From Candidatus Adlerbacteria bacterium (GTDB lineage Bacteria; Patescibacteriota; Minisyncoccia; Phycocordibacterales; SBAW01), in contig PLCJ01000002.1 in the NCBI GenBank assembly GCA_003135635.1, positions 44,898-108,897 of the forward strand: 64,000 bases of DNA, written 5' to 3'. The translations under genes were made by a program, and so were the position numbers. Under the pieces are notes generated by a model. That model saw only the letters and a list, made by a program, of their open reading frames with translations, had not been told where the DNA came from and did no database searches. Shown here one piece after another: positions 32,239 to 41,550 of this stretch. Position 1 is the first letter of the stretch; every line of letters starts with the position of its first letter.

Positions 32239-32784
32239 ATGGAAGAAAGCTCCTTTCTTAATCCTACAAAAGTAATACGCGCGGCCGGAGTGCATGAGGG
32301 CATGCAGGTCGCTGATTTTGGCGCGGGCTCGGGCTTTTTTACTCGTACTGCTGCTCGCTCCGTTGGAGAATCCGGTGTGGTGTGGGCGGTTGATCTGCAA
32401 CGCGATCTACTTCCGCGCATCAAAAATCTCGCCGCCGCAGAAGGACTTCACAATGTCGAAGTAGTATATGGAGATATCTCCCACGAGGGTGGGAGTAATT
32501 TACCAGCTGAAAAGGTTGATTTCGTCATTGCCGCAAATGTTTTGTTTATGACAGAGCACAAGCAAGAGGCGCTCCGCGAGATTGCTCGCGTCCTAAAAGT
32601 TGGTGGTCACGCCCTCATCATCGATTGGACCAATTCTCACGGCGGCCTGGGACCACACCCTGAGCATGTCATAACTCTTAGTGCTGCAAAGATACTATTT
32701 GAAAAAAACGGTTTTACCGTCTTACACGAAACACCTGCGGGCGCATATCACTGGGGATTTGTTGTTCGCAAAAAAATGCAGTAA
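32239..32784 (+). CDS. Class I SAM-dependent methyltransferase
   Basis: VADFGAGSG motif I; RVLKVGG...IIDW. Confidence 0.88.
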   Translation: MEESSFLNPTKVIRAAGVHEGMQVADFGAGSGFFTRTAARSVGESGVVWAVDLQRDLLPRIKNLAAAEGLHNVEVVYGDISHEGGSNLPAEKVDFVIAANVLFMTEHKQEALREIARVLKVGGHALIIDWTNSHGGLGPHPEHVITLSAAKILFEKNGFTVLHETPAGAYHWGFVVRKKMQ

Positions 32785-32804
32785 GGAGCACAATTGATAA
32801 GAAC

Positions 32805-34112
32805 ATGAAGCTCTCCACTTTCCAATTTGCAGTTTTGGCTTTCTTTATTCTTTTTACTATTGCCGGTGTGGTTGCCTTCGCTGTTTTTGGAAGGGGCGCT
32901 AACAATACGAGTGTAGGTCCGGTGACCATCTGGGGTACCGTCGATGGACAAACCATGGACACGCTTATTACAACGCTCAGTTCACAAAATAAAATATTTC
33001 AAAACGTTACCTACGTGCAACTAGATCCAACTACGTATAGCGCAACACTCATTAATGCACTTGCCAGTGGGAACAGCCCTGATCTTTTTTTAGTAACTCA
33101 GGATACTGTGTCGAGCTTCGCAAATAAACTTTCTCCCATTCCTTATAATGCAGTCTCTCAAGCATCATATCTCTCCTCATTTATCGATGAAGGACAGCTC
33201 TTTTTGACACCGCAAGGATCTTTGGCGCTTCCTTTTATGATCGATCCCTTAGTCATGTATTGGAATCGAGATCTCTTTGCTTCTGCGGGCATAGCACAGC
33301 CTCCTTCCCATTGGAGCGACTTTCTTTCCCTGACGCCTAAAATCACTTCAATTGATGCACAATCAAACGTTGCGCGCAGTGCGGTTGCGCTTGGTGAGTG
33401 GCAAAACATTACTGATGCAAAAATGATTCTCTCGGCGCTTTTTATGCAGGCGGGAGATCCGATAGTCACCCGGGCGCAAAATGGCGCACTACAGTCAGTA
33501 TTTGGCGCAACACCAAGTGGAGCGGTGTCTAATCCAGCAGCGTCCGTACTTCTTTTTTATACCGAATTTGCAAATCCCTCAAAGACCACCTATTCATGGA
33601 ATCGTTCTCTTCCGCAATCGCGCAATGATTTTGCAGCGGGGAATCTGGCGGTGTACTTTGGACTTGCAAGTGACGATCCGGTATTAACCCAAAGCAATCC
33701 TAATTTGAGTTTTGGGGTTGCAGAGCTTCCTCAAATTCAAAATAATCCCACGCAGCTGACCTTTGGAGAATTAACTGGTATTGCCATTTCACGCATTGCA
33801 GGAAATCCGCAAGGGGCGCTTGCTGTTGCAGAGGCGCTTTCTGCTCCAGCCGCACAGCAACAACTCGCTGCGGAAACTAATTTACCGTCTGTACGACGCA
33901 GTCCTCTCACCGATACTTCAGGAAATGCGACAGAAACTGTTTTTGCACAATCAGCACTTATCGCACACGGTTGGCTCGATCCCGACCCAGCATCTACGGA
34001 CCTACTCTTTCAAGGCATGATAGAATCGATATTAAGCGGCAATCAAGAGCCTGCGGGGGCTGCGAGTGCTGCTTCGCAACAAATGGCTCAGTTGGTGAAT
34101 CCACAACAATGA
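32805..34112 (+). CDS. Extracellular solute-binding protein (sugar-binding family 1-like), membrane-anchored
   Basis: N-terminal TM; LASGNSPDLF, LP...DPLVMYWNRDLF, F..G..A.YFG. Confidence 0.8.
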   Translation: MKLSTFQFAVLAFFILFTIAGVVAFAVFGRGANNTSVGPVTIWGTVDGQTMDTLITTLSSQNKIFQNVTYVQLDPTTYSATLINALASGNSPDLFLVTQDTVSSFANKLSPIPYNAVSQASYLSSFIDEGQLFLTPQGSLALPFMIDPLVMYWNRDLFASAGIAQPPSHWSDFLSLTPKITSIDAQSNVARSAVALGEWQNITDAKMILSALFMQAGDPIVTRAQNGALQSVFGATPSGAVSNPAASVLLFYTEFANPSKTTYSWNRSLPQSRNDFAAGNLAVYFGLASDDPVLTQSNPNLSFGVAELPQIQNNPTQLTFGELTGIAISRIAGNPQGALAVAEALSAPAAQQQLAAETNLPSVRRSPLTDTSGNATETVFAQSALIAHGWLDPDPASTDLLFQGMIESILSGNQEPAGAASAASQQMAQLVNPQQ

Positions 34113-34513
34113 AAGGATTTTTAAGAATATTTTTCACATCTGCGTTTCTTTTTCTACTCCCTTTTGTTTGTTGGGGACAAAGTGGGGGTTCAAGCGCATC
34201 TCCAATAAATGTCACTCTCCAAAATCCACTAAGCCAAACCACATTTTGTCAGCTCTTTAAACAAATATTAGATGTTGCTCTCGCTCTTGGCACACCGGTC
34301 ATTATTTTTTTTATTGTGCTTGCTGGTTTTAAGTTTGTATGGGCTCGGGGTAATGCAGAAAAACTTACAGAAGCACGAGACAATCTTCGCAATACTATTC
34401 TTGGGATAGTTCTATTTCTGGGGGCATGGGCCCTCACTATGGTGGTGGCGGGAACTATCAATACTCTCAATAGCGCAGGAGGTGGTGGGAGTCCTTTAAT
34501 CGCTTCCTGTTAA
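34109..34513 (+). CDS. VirB2/TrbC-like pilin
   Basis: Signal peptide, LQNPL, AGFKFVWARGNAEKLTEAR, two TM segments. Confidence 0.8.
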   Translation: MKGFLRIFFTSAFLFLLPFVCWGQSGGSSASPINVTLQNPLSQTTFCQLFKQILDVALALGTPVIIFFIVLAGFKFVWARGNAEKLTEARDNLRNTILGIVLFLGAWALTMVVAGTINTLNSAGGGGSPLIASC

Positions 34514-34523
34514 AAACAATCCT

Positions 34524-34763
34524 ATGACACTTGTGAGCCTCGTCTCATATCTTATTGGTCTCATTCAACTCGTAATTCCTGTGCTGACAGGTGCTGCTGT
34601 TGTTCTTTTTATGTTTGGAGTATTCCAATATGTCTATGCAGTCGCCCAAGGGAGTAAGGAGGCGTCAAAAGAGATGATGTGGTGGGGCATGATAGCGCTT
34701 TTTGTCATTTTTTCTTTCTGGGGAATACTCGCCCTTCTTCAGAGGTCACTAAATCTTCCTTAA
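34524..34763 (+). CDS. VirB2-like pilin-family small membrane protein
   Basis: Two TM segments; F.FGV.QY...K..M.WGMIALFV..S.WGI pattern. Confidence 0.75.
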   Translation: MTLVSLVSYLIGLIQLVIPVLTGAAVVLFMFGVFQYVYAVAQGSKEASKEMMWWGMIALFVIFSFWGILALLQRSLNLP

Positions 34764-34869
34764 TTCCTCTTAAAAAACATTATTTCTAGACATTGGGACT
34801 ATCCACACGGCCCCATTGTTTATAGGCGTCCGTTTGCTACAGTGGGCGTATAACCAAATAAAATTTTTT

Positions 34870-35199
34870 ATGCAATGTTATAGTCAATTCGCGTGGCTTT
34901 GTCAGCTTGTTTCATCTATAGGCTACATCATTAATCTTCTCATTCCCATTATAATCGCCCTGACGGTACTTATATTCTTTTGGGGACTTTTCAAGTATGT
35001 ACTGGGCGGGGGAGATAAGGAAAAAAGTGACGGAAAGGGTATTCTCATTGCGGGCATTATTGCGCTTTTTGTCGAGGTTTCTATCTGGGGGATCATACAT
35101 TTGCTTGCAACCACTGTAGGTATTCCACAAGCTTCTACCGGCGTTGCTCCGTCCGTACAATCGACGACCTCGGCGGTTCCCGGTTCCTTAAACTACTAA
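34870..35199 (+). CDS. VirB2-like pilin-family small membrane protein
   Basis: FFWGLFKYV..GGD.EK..GK..LI.GIIALFV.VSIWGI. Confidence 0.75.
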   Translation: MQCYSQFAWLCQLVSSIGYIINLLIPIIIALTVLIFFWGLFKYVLGGGDKEKSDGKGILIAGIIALFVEVSIWGIIHLLATTVGIPQASTGVAPSVQSTTSAVPGSLNY

Positions 35200-35348
35200 C
35201 CGCATCAACATAAATAGTGTTTATCAAACACCATTTGTATAAGTTATATCCAGCCAGACCTAGTAGAGGGTCCAGAACCGAATCCTCTAATAATATCCAT
35301 GTCTATTTATCTATCCTTGTGATTACAGCCATAGGCTGATTCTTTCTT

Positions 35349-35651
35349 ATGACTTCGGTCGATGCATTTGTTGCTACTATTAACAGCACTATCATTAATC
35401 CTCTCCTCGCACTTCTTTTTGCGGTAGGAGTTTTAGTTTTTATTTACGGCGTAGTTGAATTTTTGCTTAGTATCAATCAGGGAGATAATACCAAAAAAGA
35501 ACAAGGTAAGCAGCACATGTGGCAAGGTCTCCTCGGCATGCTCATTATGGTAAGCGCTCTGTCGATATTCAATCTCTTAGCGAATACTCTTTGCAATAAC
35601 AGTGGGTTATCCCATTGTAAAGCCCTTCCAATTCAGTCAAGTAAGACATAA
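35349..35651 (+). CDS. VirB2-like pilin-family small membrane protein
   Basis: IINPL..LLFA, FIYGVVEFL, GKQHMWQGLLGM.IMVS. Confidence 0.75.
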   Translation: MTSVDAFVATINSTIINPLLALLFAVGVLVFIYGVVEFLLSINQGDNTKKEQGKQHMWQGLLGMLIMVSALSIFNLLANTLCNNSGLSHCKALPIQSSKT

Positions 35652-35693
35652 ATCTCAAGGTCCAACATTCATTATCTATCGAATAATTCTCTG

Positions 35694-35775
35694 TGGGCGA
35701 GGGGAGACTCGAACTCCCAAACCTTGCGGTACATGGTCCTAAGCCATGCGTGTCTACCAATTTCACCACTCGCCC
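35694..35775 (-). tRNA. tRNA-Leu(TAG)
   Basis: catgg-ct-TAG-ga-ccatg; variable arm. Confidence 0.95.
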
Positions 35776-35840
35776 TTCAAATTCATGATACACGAAAGTC
35801 GAAAATACTTTGAGAAAAGTGTATACGCATGGGAAATCTG

Positions 35841-35912
35841 AGTCCACGGCGGGAATCGAACCCGCGTATAAGGGTTTTGCAGACCCATGCCTTACCACTT
35901 GGCCACGTGGAC
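35841..35912 (-). tRNA. tRNA-Cys(GCA)
   Basis: gggt-ct-GCA-aa-accc. Confidence 0.95.
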
Positions 35913-36002
35913 GCGAATTTACTCTAGCATGAGTAGTCTGTTAAGCGATACAATTTTCCCGTTTGCTCTATGGGGCAGATTGTCATGGTAGAAATATAAG
36001 AT

Positions 36003-36089
36003 GCCGGGATGGCGAAACTGGTAGACGCGCGACACTTAAAATGTCGTGAGCCCGTAGGGCGCATGTGGGTTCGATTCCCACTCCCGGCA
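36003..36089 (+). tRNA. tRNA-Leu(TAA)
   Basis: cgaca-ct-TAA-aa-tgtcg; long variable arm. Confidence 0.95.
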
Positions 36090-36276
36090 CATAGGCAGAA
36101 AATATGCCAATTGGGTACATTTCTATGTCGAATCAAAAAATACGTTGCAAATGCAATGTATTTTTTGTATCCAATAATGTGCTTACTAGACATGGTTAAC
36201 GGTTGTGGATAGGTGCACACCTAATTTCCCAATAACATAATATACTAGAGTAGTTCGAACATACGTGACGGTGAAT

Positions 36277-36312
36277 GGAGAAACCCCTGCATCTCTGCAG
36301 GGGTCTCCTTTT
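36277..36312. terminator. Strong hairpin terminator
   Basis: ggagaaacccctgca-tctc-tgcaggggtctcc-tttt. Confidence 0.7.
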
Positions 36313-36766
36313 GGGGAGTTGAGAACCGGATGCTTCGCTACAACCTCCTGCCATCCGATGACTAATCTTTTCTTGGGAGATAGGATGCGCATCGTTTGAT
36401 TTTCTGATGCCTCTTTTTCACGTCGGGTCACTGTACCTCCTTACGGTTGCCACCCACAGTATCTAGAACCAGTCTAGTTCTAGCGGCTCAGGGTAGACGA
36501 AAGCCATCCTCCTAGCATATGTAGCGAGTTAGCGGCTAATGTTGGCCTGTGACGGTGAAGTCTCAGGTTATTTATATGAAAGCACAAAACTTGTCAAATA
36601 CAAATATCTGTCCTGTGGAAAACCGCGAATGTGACACACTTTTAGGATGACTCATACGGAATTTCTCGCTATATTGTATTAATACTGTGCTCGTTAGATA
36701 ATCAGGCTGTCTTATCCACAAGTAGGGAATGAAAATCGGACGCAAAGATTCTGCAATAGAATCTAC

Positions 36767-37012
36767 CTATCTCCTACTTAGAGCTTGAGCCACGGCACGA
36801 ATATTATGATCCAGAATCGAAATCTGAGATTCGATAGATTTGAGCTTCTTTTCCAGTTTATCAAGCATCGCACCACTGTTATAGTACTCAGTCACTCCAA
36901 CAGGAACTTGACACGTAGCACACTGGATAAAGAGTAGCTTGTATCTAGAGTCTTCAGGTGACTGTTCAACCACCTTAAACCGTGTACCGCTGCAACTTCC
37001 ACACTTAGACAT
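36767..37012 (-). CDS. Small zinc-ribbon / coiled-coil protein
   Basis: CGSC...CATC cysteine pairs followed by a heptad-like helix. Confidence 0.7.
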   Translation of the reverse strand: MSKCGSCSGTRFKVVEQSPEDSRYKLLFIQCATCQVPVGVTEYYNSGAMLDKLEKKLKSIESQISILDHNIRAVAQALSRR

Positions 37013-37040
37013 ATATTATTCCGTTATTTAATAATTGTTA

Positions 37041-37402
37041 GTTCCTTGAAATACTAGAGAAGGTTAGATTGACCTCAACGGCTAGCGTACGAAGTACACT
37101 TTGTCGTCGACGGTCACAACATAGTGGATGAGAATGCATCCTCCTATGTGTCCCCGTCGTTTTATCTTCAGCTTGTGAAGATCTTGGCGATCAATCCATG
37201 AAACTGATAGCGACCCTTTATACGTCAGTTTTCGCTTCATGTCCGTAACCTATTTCTTAATGCTTGTAATCTTTAGGAGTCGATCCTTCCTTTGCTCCCC
37301 CTCAAAGTTCAAGAAAGCTCTGAGGGGGAGAGGAAGAGATGACATAACCCTTTAGACAAAAGCAACGGCTCTCCGACTGTCTCCTCTAGTATTTCAAGGA
37401 AC
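37041..37402. repeat. Perfect 19-bp inverted repeat
   Basis: gttccttgaaatactagag (37041-37059) and ctctagtatttcaaggaac (37384-37402). Confidence 0.9.
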
Positions 37403-37406
37403 CAAA

Positions 37407-37456
37407 AACCCACTCCTCAACTGATAAGCGTGTGCTTATCAGTCAGGGAATGGGTT
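37407..37456. terminator. Long hairpin
   Basis: aaccca..cc..actgataagc-gtgt-gcttatcagt..gg..tgggtt. Confidence 0.6.
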
Positions 37457-37874
37457 CTTTTGAAACTTACTCTTGCTGCCTAATAATCAAACGTACCAGT
37501 TGAGGTTTCCATGCGGACATCCCACTAGGAACATAATGATTATATCGCCTGACCGTATAGGCACAAGCGGTAAATGTGAATAAAGCCAAGAGGATAGGAA
37601 TTCTATCCTCTCCGGGACACCTTCACCCCCATATTGCACTTCGTGAGTAATATACACTTACTGGATACGACTTGATGGTACAGGGCACGAATCAGAAAAG
37701 CCTTTCGTTCAAGCAGCCCTGTTGATATCCTCATCAGAAACCATCTTCTCAATTACTTCAATGTCTTTAATCAATTTCAGAAGCTGGGGATCATTATTGT
37801 GGTACCGGGTTCGAACGTCGTTGACGAGCCGGCACATTGTGAGAAGGATAATTGTATTGTAGCGTGATATTCAT

Positions 37875-37947
37875 CCGCCCATAGCTCAATTGGTAGAGCA
37901 GCTGCCTCTTAAGCAGTTGGTTGTAGGTTCGAGTCCTACTGGGCGGA
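37875..37947 (+). tRNA. tRNA-Lys(CTT)
   Basis: gctgc-ct-CTT-aa-gcagt. Confidence 0.95.
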
Positions 37948-37951
37948 CTAG

Positions 37952-38272
37952 TTATTCTCCCAACTCGTCGAGACGTTGACGGTTTTTTTCTCCCTTATCA
38001 AGAGCAAACTCGATGTGCGGAATACGCATACCTCGCACACGTTTCTTAAAAAACTCTGCTAACTCACCGCCATGGCGTCTCGCAAATGAAAGCGCTCGCA
38101 GTTCTGCAGATTCTGGAAATATTGTAAGATAAATAGTCGCGAGATGCCCATCGGAAGACACTACAGCATTCGTGACAGTGATAAGTGATTGTCGATTTGC
38201 TTCACGCGCAAGAAACTCTGCCGCCGCCTCGCGCACCGCTTCATTCATACGCTTTTCTCGGTTAGGGTTCAT
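37952..38272 (-). CDS. rbfA: Ribosome-binding factor A
   Basis: ITVT....S.D...ATIY, RIPHIEF..D; follows infB. Confidence 0.88.
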   Translation of the reverse strand: MNPNREKRMNEAVREAAAEFLAREANRQSLITVTNAVVSSDGHLATIYLTIFPESAELRALSFARRHGGELAEFFKKRVRGMRIPHIEFALDKGEKNRQRLDELGE

Positions 38273-38275
38273 GAC

Positions 38276-39799
38276 CTATTTTTGAACGATTTCATACGCA
38301 ATCAGATAATCTCCGGAGGCTGGTTCACCTCCAGTTTTTATCATAGCGCCGAACTCTTGTCCGTTTTCCACTTTTTTAACATCTGATTTCTGCATTTGAA
38401 GAGAAACAATCTCACCGCGACCAATCTCAAGATCACGTCGCAGAATTTTTACATTATTGCCTTGTGTGAGAGTACCCTCTTCCACTCTACCGCCGACTAC
38501 GCAGCGTCCCCGGACACTACTGAAAACTTTAACTAACCGTGCTGAAGCTCGTGTTTCTTCATATCGTGCTCGTGGGCGGCGTGTTTCGATCTCGGATGTC
38601 AACCATTCTGTTAATTTGTAAATGATATCAAAAACAGCGATAGTAACTCCGAGACGCTCAGCGATATCTTTTGCCTCCCGCTCTACCTTGACGTTAAAAC
38701 CAAGAATAATTCCAGGGGTTTGCCCTGCTCCTGCAAGTCGTACATCGCTTTCGGTAATGGATCCAACTCCTTGCCGTACGATACGTATCTCAAGTTGATT
38801 CTCCGTAGAAAGTTTTCCTATCTCATGTATGATTGCTTCCCCCGTGCCCGCAACATCGGTTTTTATGATGAAGGGCAAAATTACCGGTTTCCTCTCTTCC
38901 TCCGCGTCTTCGCCTTGGGATACTGGGTGTATAGGAGCGGAGCGTGATACTAGGGCTTCAGCAACTTCTTCTTCTGCTTGTTTTTTTGTTTCAAGGGTGC
39001 GCCACTTTTCGCCGACGGGAGGAAGAATAGAAAATCCAACCACACGCACGGGGCTTCCCGGAGGAGCTTCTTTGATTGGTATACCTAAAAAATTTTCCAT
39101 GATCCGCACCGGAGCATAAGAATTTTTTGCTACAACGAATTCACCGCTCCTGAGTGTTCCGTCTTGGACTATAAGAGTTGCGGTATTCCCGCGTCGGGGA
39201 TCGACGTGGGCTTCTATAACTATTCCTCTGCCGGGGAGTGTAGGATCAGCAGTAAGTCCCTCAAGTTCCGCGGCAAGCAATATCAAATCAAGAAGTTCTG
39301 AAACGCCTTCACCTGTTTTCCCAGATACCGCGACGTATGGGACTTCACCGCCCATGCCCTCAAGCAGTACACCGTGCTCAAGTAGTGACATTTTTGCGCG
39401 CTCTATATTCATGTTTGGTTTGTCAATTTTAGTGAGCGCAACAATATAAGGAATGTGCACATCCTCAATCAATTTGAGGGCTTCAAGCGTTTGCTGCTTC
39501 GCTCCCTCTTCAGCAGAAACGACTAATATGGCGACATCAGCTACCTCAAGCCCGCGCATACGCATGGCGCGAAATGCCTCATGCCCCGGTGTATCCAAAA
39601 AGGTTATGTGCCGAAGGCCGCTAGAAGTTTTGTGTTCGGCTTCGTAAGCCGAGAGATACTGTGTAATGCCGCCCGTTTCCGATGCTACGACGTTCGTTCG
39701 TCTAATATAGTCAAGCAGCGTTGATTTACCGTGGTCGATGTGACCTACAATGACGACAATGGGTGGCCGTTCGTTCGGCCTCGAGATAATTGGTTCCAT
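38276..39799 (-). CDS. infB: Translation initiation factor IF-2 (no N-terminal domain)
   Basis: [37 protein letters not shown]. Confidence 0.96.
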   Translation of the reverse strand: MEPIISRPNERPPIVVIVGHIDHGKSTLLDYIRRTNVVASETGGITQYLSAYEAEHKTSSGLRHITFLDTPGHEAFRAMRMRGLEVADVAILVVSAEEGAKQQTLEALKLIEDVHIPYIVALTKIDKPNMNIERAKMSLLEHGVLLEGMGGEVPYVAVSGKTGEGVSELLDLILLAAELEGLTADPTLPGRGIVIEAHVDPRRGNTATLIVQDGTLRSGEFVVAKNSYAPVRIMENFLGIPIKEAPPGSPVRVVGFSILPPVGEKWRTLETKKQAEEEVAEALVSRSAPIHPVSQGEDAEEERKPVILPFIIKTDVAGTGEAIIHEIGKLSTENQLEIRIVRQGVGSITESDVRLAGAGQTPGIILGFNVKVEREAKDIAERLGVTIAVFDIIYKLTEWLTSEIETRRPRARYEETRASARLVKVFSSVRGRCVVGGRVEEGTLTQGNNVKILRRDLEIGRGEIVSLQMQKSDVKKVENGQEFGAMIKTGGEPASGDYLIAYEIVQK

Positions 39800-39825
39800 A
39801 GGAAAAGTTTCGCTTCACAGTATAT

Positions 39826-40323
39826 TTAGTGAGATACAGTGCGCTTTGTAATTGATTTCTTCGCACGTTCTATCGCTTCCTTTTCTTCCCGGGTTAGTTC
39901 AAAAGAGGAAATGCCTCGTTCTATCGGTTTACCATAGACAGCGACACGATCACGTGTGTAGAGACTAGAGAATACCACACCACTGTGTCCTTCATCAAGA
40001 AACGCTATAGCGAAGCTCTGATTGCCTCCCGAGCCGTCTCCGGAAAATGGGTTAAAACGTACGATCCCAATACCAGAAATATTTCCACGCAGACGTGCTT
40101 CTGCGAGTTTAAGGTATTTCTCAAGTTCCAAGCGAAACTCTTTTATCTCTTTCATTTCACGAGTTAGAGTGCCCAAAGTCTCTTCAAATGATCCCTTTGA
40201 TCCGAGAGTAAGACGTGACAACCGCCTCTGTAGCAAGATGAGCAGAATAAGCCCTATACAGCTCAAAATAAGCGCGCCCACTGCCAGCCAGGGCACTGCA
40301 TACGTGAAATACGCAAACGACAT
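39826..40323 (-). CDS. DUF4446-like membrane-anchored protein
   Basis: N-terminal TM; VRFNPF...GGNQSFAIA.LD...GVV.SSL..R....YGKP. Confidence 0.8.
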   Translation of the reverse strand: MSFAYFTYAVPWLAVGALILSCIGLILLILLQRRLSRLTLGSKGSFEETLGTLTREMKEIKEFRLELEKYLKLAEARLRGNISGIGIVRFNPFSGDGSGGNQSFAIAFLDEGHSGVVFSSLYTRDRVAVYGKPIERGISSFELTREEKEAIERAKKSITKRTVSH

Positions 40324-40343
40324 GAAGCCAGTATACTGTACGC

Positions 40344-41540
40344 ATGCTTTTTTTTAAAAAACGGATCTATGCGGATGCTGCAGCTGCAACCCCGCTCTCT
40401 TTGGGTGCAAGAAAGGAACTTCTGCGACTTTTAAATATTTACGGCAATGCCGGTTCGCTTCACCTTGAAGGGGTCCTTGCTAAGGGGGAACTTGAACATG
40501 CACGGATGACTATTGCCTCAGTGCTGGGGGCACACACAAATGAGATTGTTTTTACTGCAAGCGGAACCGAAGGAAATAATTTAGCGCTATACGGGGTGCT
40601 TCAGCCTTTACTCATGGAGCATAAGGAATTGTATGCCCTTACTTTAGCAATTGAGCATCAATCGGTGCTAGAGCCTCTCCTAGCCCTTAAGCAAAGAGGT
40701 CTCAGCGTCACGATACTGCCAGTTGACCAGGAGGGGCTTATCTTACCCCAAGCGCTTCAGGAGGCTGTAGGAGAGAAAACTGCTCTGGTGTCCATCCAAT
40801 TAATGAACAATGAGATAGGTACTCTTCAGCCGCTGCGGGAAATAGCTAAAGAACTCAGACACATTGCTAAAAAAAGGGTATTGGATGGCAATTTGCTCCC
40901 CCTATACTTTCACTGCGATGCCTCTCAAGCACCCTTGTGGGCGTCATTGCAAGTAAGTGCTCTGGGGGTCGACCTTATGACACTTGATGCGCAAAAAATA
41001 CTCGGGCCGAAGGGTATGGGAGCTCTTTTTATAAAACGTGGCACCCACATCGTGCCTCTGGTTTCCGGTGCTGGTCAAGAAGGAGGCTTGCGTGGTGGAA
41101 CGCCGAATGTTCCGCTCGCTGGATCCTTTGCCTATGCGCTTCAAGATGCACAAAGCGATGTAGCATCTCGCTGTAGGGAAGTGGCAGCGATACGAGATTT
41201 TTTATTTCAAGAAATTCAACGTCTTATTCCGGAGGTAGTATTAAACGGACCAGCTCTTCACCATCGGGCCCCAAATAATCTCAATATTTCTGTACCAGGA
41301 CTTGATGGCGAAACAGCAGTGATTGCTATGAATGCTGAAGGTATTGCAATATCAACGCGCTCTGCGTGTAGCATGGGCGATCAAGGAGTATCGCATGTTC
41401 TCAAGGCACTCCATGCTCCTGAGCATATTTTAAAAACAGCCGTACGCATCACGCTTCTCCCCACAGTAACGCGAGCGGATGCAAAGCGAATCGCGCACGC
41501 CTTGGTAAGTGTTGTGCATCGATATAAAACTGTTTTATAA
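40344..41540 (+). CDS. Cysteine desulfurase (IscS/NifS-like)
   Basis: YADAAAATP, FTASGTEGNN, NNEIGT, QKILGPKG.GAL, SAC catalytic Cys. Confidence 0.9.
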   Translation: MLFFKKRIYADAAAATPLSLGARKELLRLLNIYGNAGSLHLEGVLAKGELEHARMTIASVLGAHTNEIVFTASGTEGNNLALYGVLQPLLMEHKELYALTLAIEHQSVLEPLLALKQRGLSVTILPVDQEGLILPQALQEAVGEKTALVSIQLMNNEIGTLQPLREIAKELRHIAKKRVLDGNLLPLYFHCDASQAPLWASLQVSALGVDLMTLDAQKILGPKGMGALFIKRGTHIVPLVSGAGQEGGLRGGTPNVPLAGSFAYALQDAQSDVASRCREVAAIRDFLFQEIQRLIPEVVLNGPALHHRAPNNLNISVPGLDGETAVIAMNAEGIAISTRSACSMGDQGVSHVLKALHAPEHILKTAVRITLLPTVTRADAKRIAHALVSVVHRYKTVL

Positions 41541-41550
41541 TACATTGTCC

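Larger units (their letters stand above)
36084..37837. mobile_element. Remnant island integrated at the tRNA-Leu(TAA) 3' end
   Basis: Direct repeat ccggcacat at 36084-36092 and 37829-37837; distal copy preceded by the 20-bp arm gttcgaacgtcgttgacgag; gene-poor interior. Confidence 0.65.

Noticed and set aside
36186-36431. 81-aa minus-strand ORF as a confident CDS
   Set aside because: It has a strong SD but reads through a terminator hairpin and an att-arm-like sequence and shows no motif; kept only as part of the antisense hypothesis.
34799-37583. DnaA-box-like 9-mers (34799, 36204, 36614, 36712, 37575) as oriC
   Set aside because: They are scattered over 2.8 kb, only two match TTATNCACA exactly, dnaA and dnaN are not nearby, and skew cannot be assessed here.
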